Below, in pieces: positions 63,116 through 64,000 of a stretch of 64,000 bases of DNA. Source of the stretch: Campylobacter concisus. Its GTDB lineage: Bacteria; Campylobacterota; Campylobacteria; Campylobacterales; Campylobacteraceae. Both the position numbers and the translations under genes were made by a program. Positions within the stretch are counted from its first letter, which is position 1. Every line of letters begins with the position of its first letter. Location: contig NZ_CP021642.1 of the NCBI RefSeq assembly GCF_003048375.1, positions 1,556,527 to 1,620,526 of the forward strand, given 5' to 3'. The notes under the pieces are model-generated. The model saw only the letters and a list, made by a program, of their open reading frames with translations. It had not been told where the DNA came from and did no database searches.

Positions 63116-64000
63116 GCACTTCTAGCGCCATTACAAAATATCTCAAAGTAAATCTTCTCATCTCTTTGCGAAATTTCTATACAAAGCTCGTCATTTGGCC
63201 TTACAAATTTTAAAAATTTCAAATTCTCCACCACGCATTGATCGCCTATTTCTGCGCCAATCTCTCTTGCAAATTTAAATACAAAATCAAGCTGCACAAA
63301 GCCAGGCAAAAGCGGTAAATTTGGAAAATGCTCCATAAAAATGCCAAGTGCTGGGCTAAGCTTTGTCTTAAATTTATAAACGCCCTCTTCGCTACTTTTC
63401 TCCCAAGAAAGCTCCTCGTTTTTTTCTAAAAGAGCTTTAAAATTTGCCTTTAAAAACTTGCCCTGAGCGTTTTTGCAAAGCGAGCTAACGATCTTAAAAT
63501 ATCTAACACTATTTTTAAACTCAGGCCTTAAAAGCTCATTTAGCCTTGCTACAACGCCTTTTTTGCCGCTATCTCTAAAGAGCTTCACGCCATCTTCGCT
63601 AAGCTCCAAAAGCGCAGCTAGACGCTTAAATTTAGGATGCGTGTCGCAGTAGCAGTCTTTTAAAAGACCGCTTTCAAACATCTTATTTTCGATACTTATC
63701 AGATTGACCCTTTTGTCATTTAGCTTAACGATCCTATCGATCCTGCCTTTTAGCGTGAGCCTGCTACCATCTATCTGCGCCCAGTCGCTAGTTTGGAAAA
63801 ACTCGCACCAAGGCGAGCTCACATTTAGCGCCTCGTCCTCGCTAAGACCAGCCTTTACCTTGCTAAAAAGCAAAAGCTCATCGCCTAAATTTCTAGCAAC
63901 TATGCCAGTTTCGGTGCTACCATAAATTTCAATTATCCTAGCGCTACTTAAGCTTTCTATCTTTGCTCTTAGCTCGCTCTTTAGCGCTGAGCCTGCACAG
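63088..64000 (-). CDS. AMP-dependent ligase C-terminal region fused to a hotdog (dehydratase-like) domain; partial, runs off the window
   Basis: The reading frame stays open to the window edge. It contains EIYGSTETG (the adenylate-forming YGxTE motif) and a hotdog-like C-terminus. Confidence 0.5.
   Translation of the reverse strand, partial: CAGSALKSELRAKIESLSSARIIEIYGSTETGIVARNLGDELLLFSKVKAGLSEDEALNVSSPWCEFFQTSDWAQIDGSRLTLKGRIDRIVKLNDKRVNLISIENKMFESGLLKDCYCDTHPKFKRLAALLELSEDGVKLFRDSGKKGVVARLNELLRPEFKNSVRYFKIVSSLCKNAQGKFLKANFKALLEKNEELSWEKSSEEGVYKFKTKLSPALGIFMEHFPNLPLLPGFVQLDFVFKFAREIGAEIGDQCVVENLKFLKFVRPNDELCIEISQRDEKIYFEIFCNGARSACGRIKLGL

Overview
This 64-kb window looks like chromosome from a Campylobacter-type epsilonproteobacterium. 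That is inferred from gene content and local synteny: fabF-acpP-fabG, gpmI, mraY-murD, fur-lysS-glyA-aroE, and mqnA/upp/malic enzyme/gltX/surA-like. Codon usage is moderately AT-rich and the Fur and MqnA proteins resemble C. jejuni homologues, but GC looks higher than C. jejuni, so a concisus/curvus-like group is plausible. Most of the window is tightly packed housekeeping genes on both strands: fatty-acid synthesis, cell wall (mraY, murD, murC), tRNA synthetases and amidotransferase (lysS, gltX, ileS, gatA, gatC), guaB, metX, hisG, coaX, glyA, aroE, upp, mutS2, dapE, tag and xseB.

Several accessory or anomalous loci stand out:
- (1) A roughly 7.3-kb AT-rich island at 6.3-13.7 kb sits between murD and an fdhD-like gene. 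It encodes a 1211-aa protein with no signal peptide whose last ~240 aa form an unmistakable glycoside hydrolase family 19 (chitinase/endolysin-type lysozyme) catalytic domain. Six small Sec-exported proteins with overlapping ORFs follow it. This is my best candidate for a previously undescribed secreted cell-wall-hydrolase effector plus immunity/accessory cassette array.
- (2) A secreted barnase-like RNase and its barstar inhibitor are inserted between upp and mqnA.
- (3) A perfect 86-bp tandem duplication frameshifts a periplasmic arylsulfate-sulfotransferase-like gene.
- (4) A family-1 pectate lyase gene, unusual for this lineage, is frameshifted at a G4 run.
- (5) A decayed region holds membrane-protein gene remnants.
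- (6) A partial aryl-polyene-like lipid biosynthesis/export cluster (MMPL, LolA-like, thioesterase, GT2-acyltransferase, AMP-ligase/hotdog) runs off the 3' end.

No rRNA, tRNA, CRISPR array, transposase or integrase was recognised by eye.
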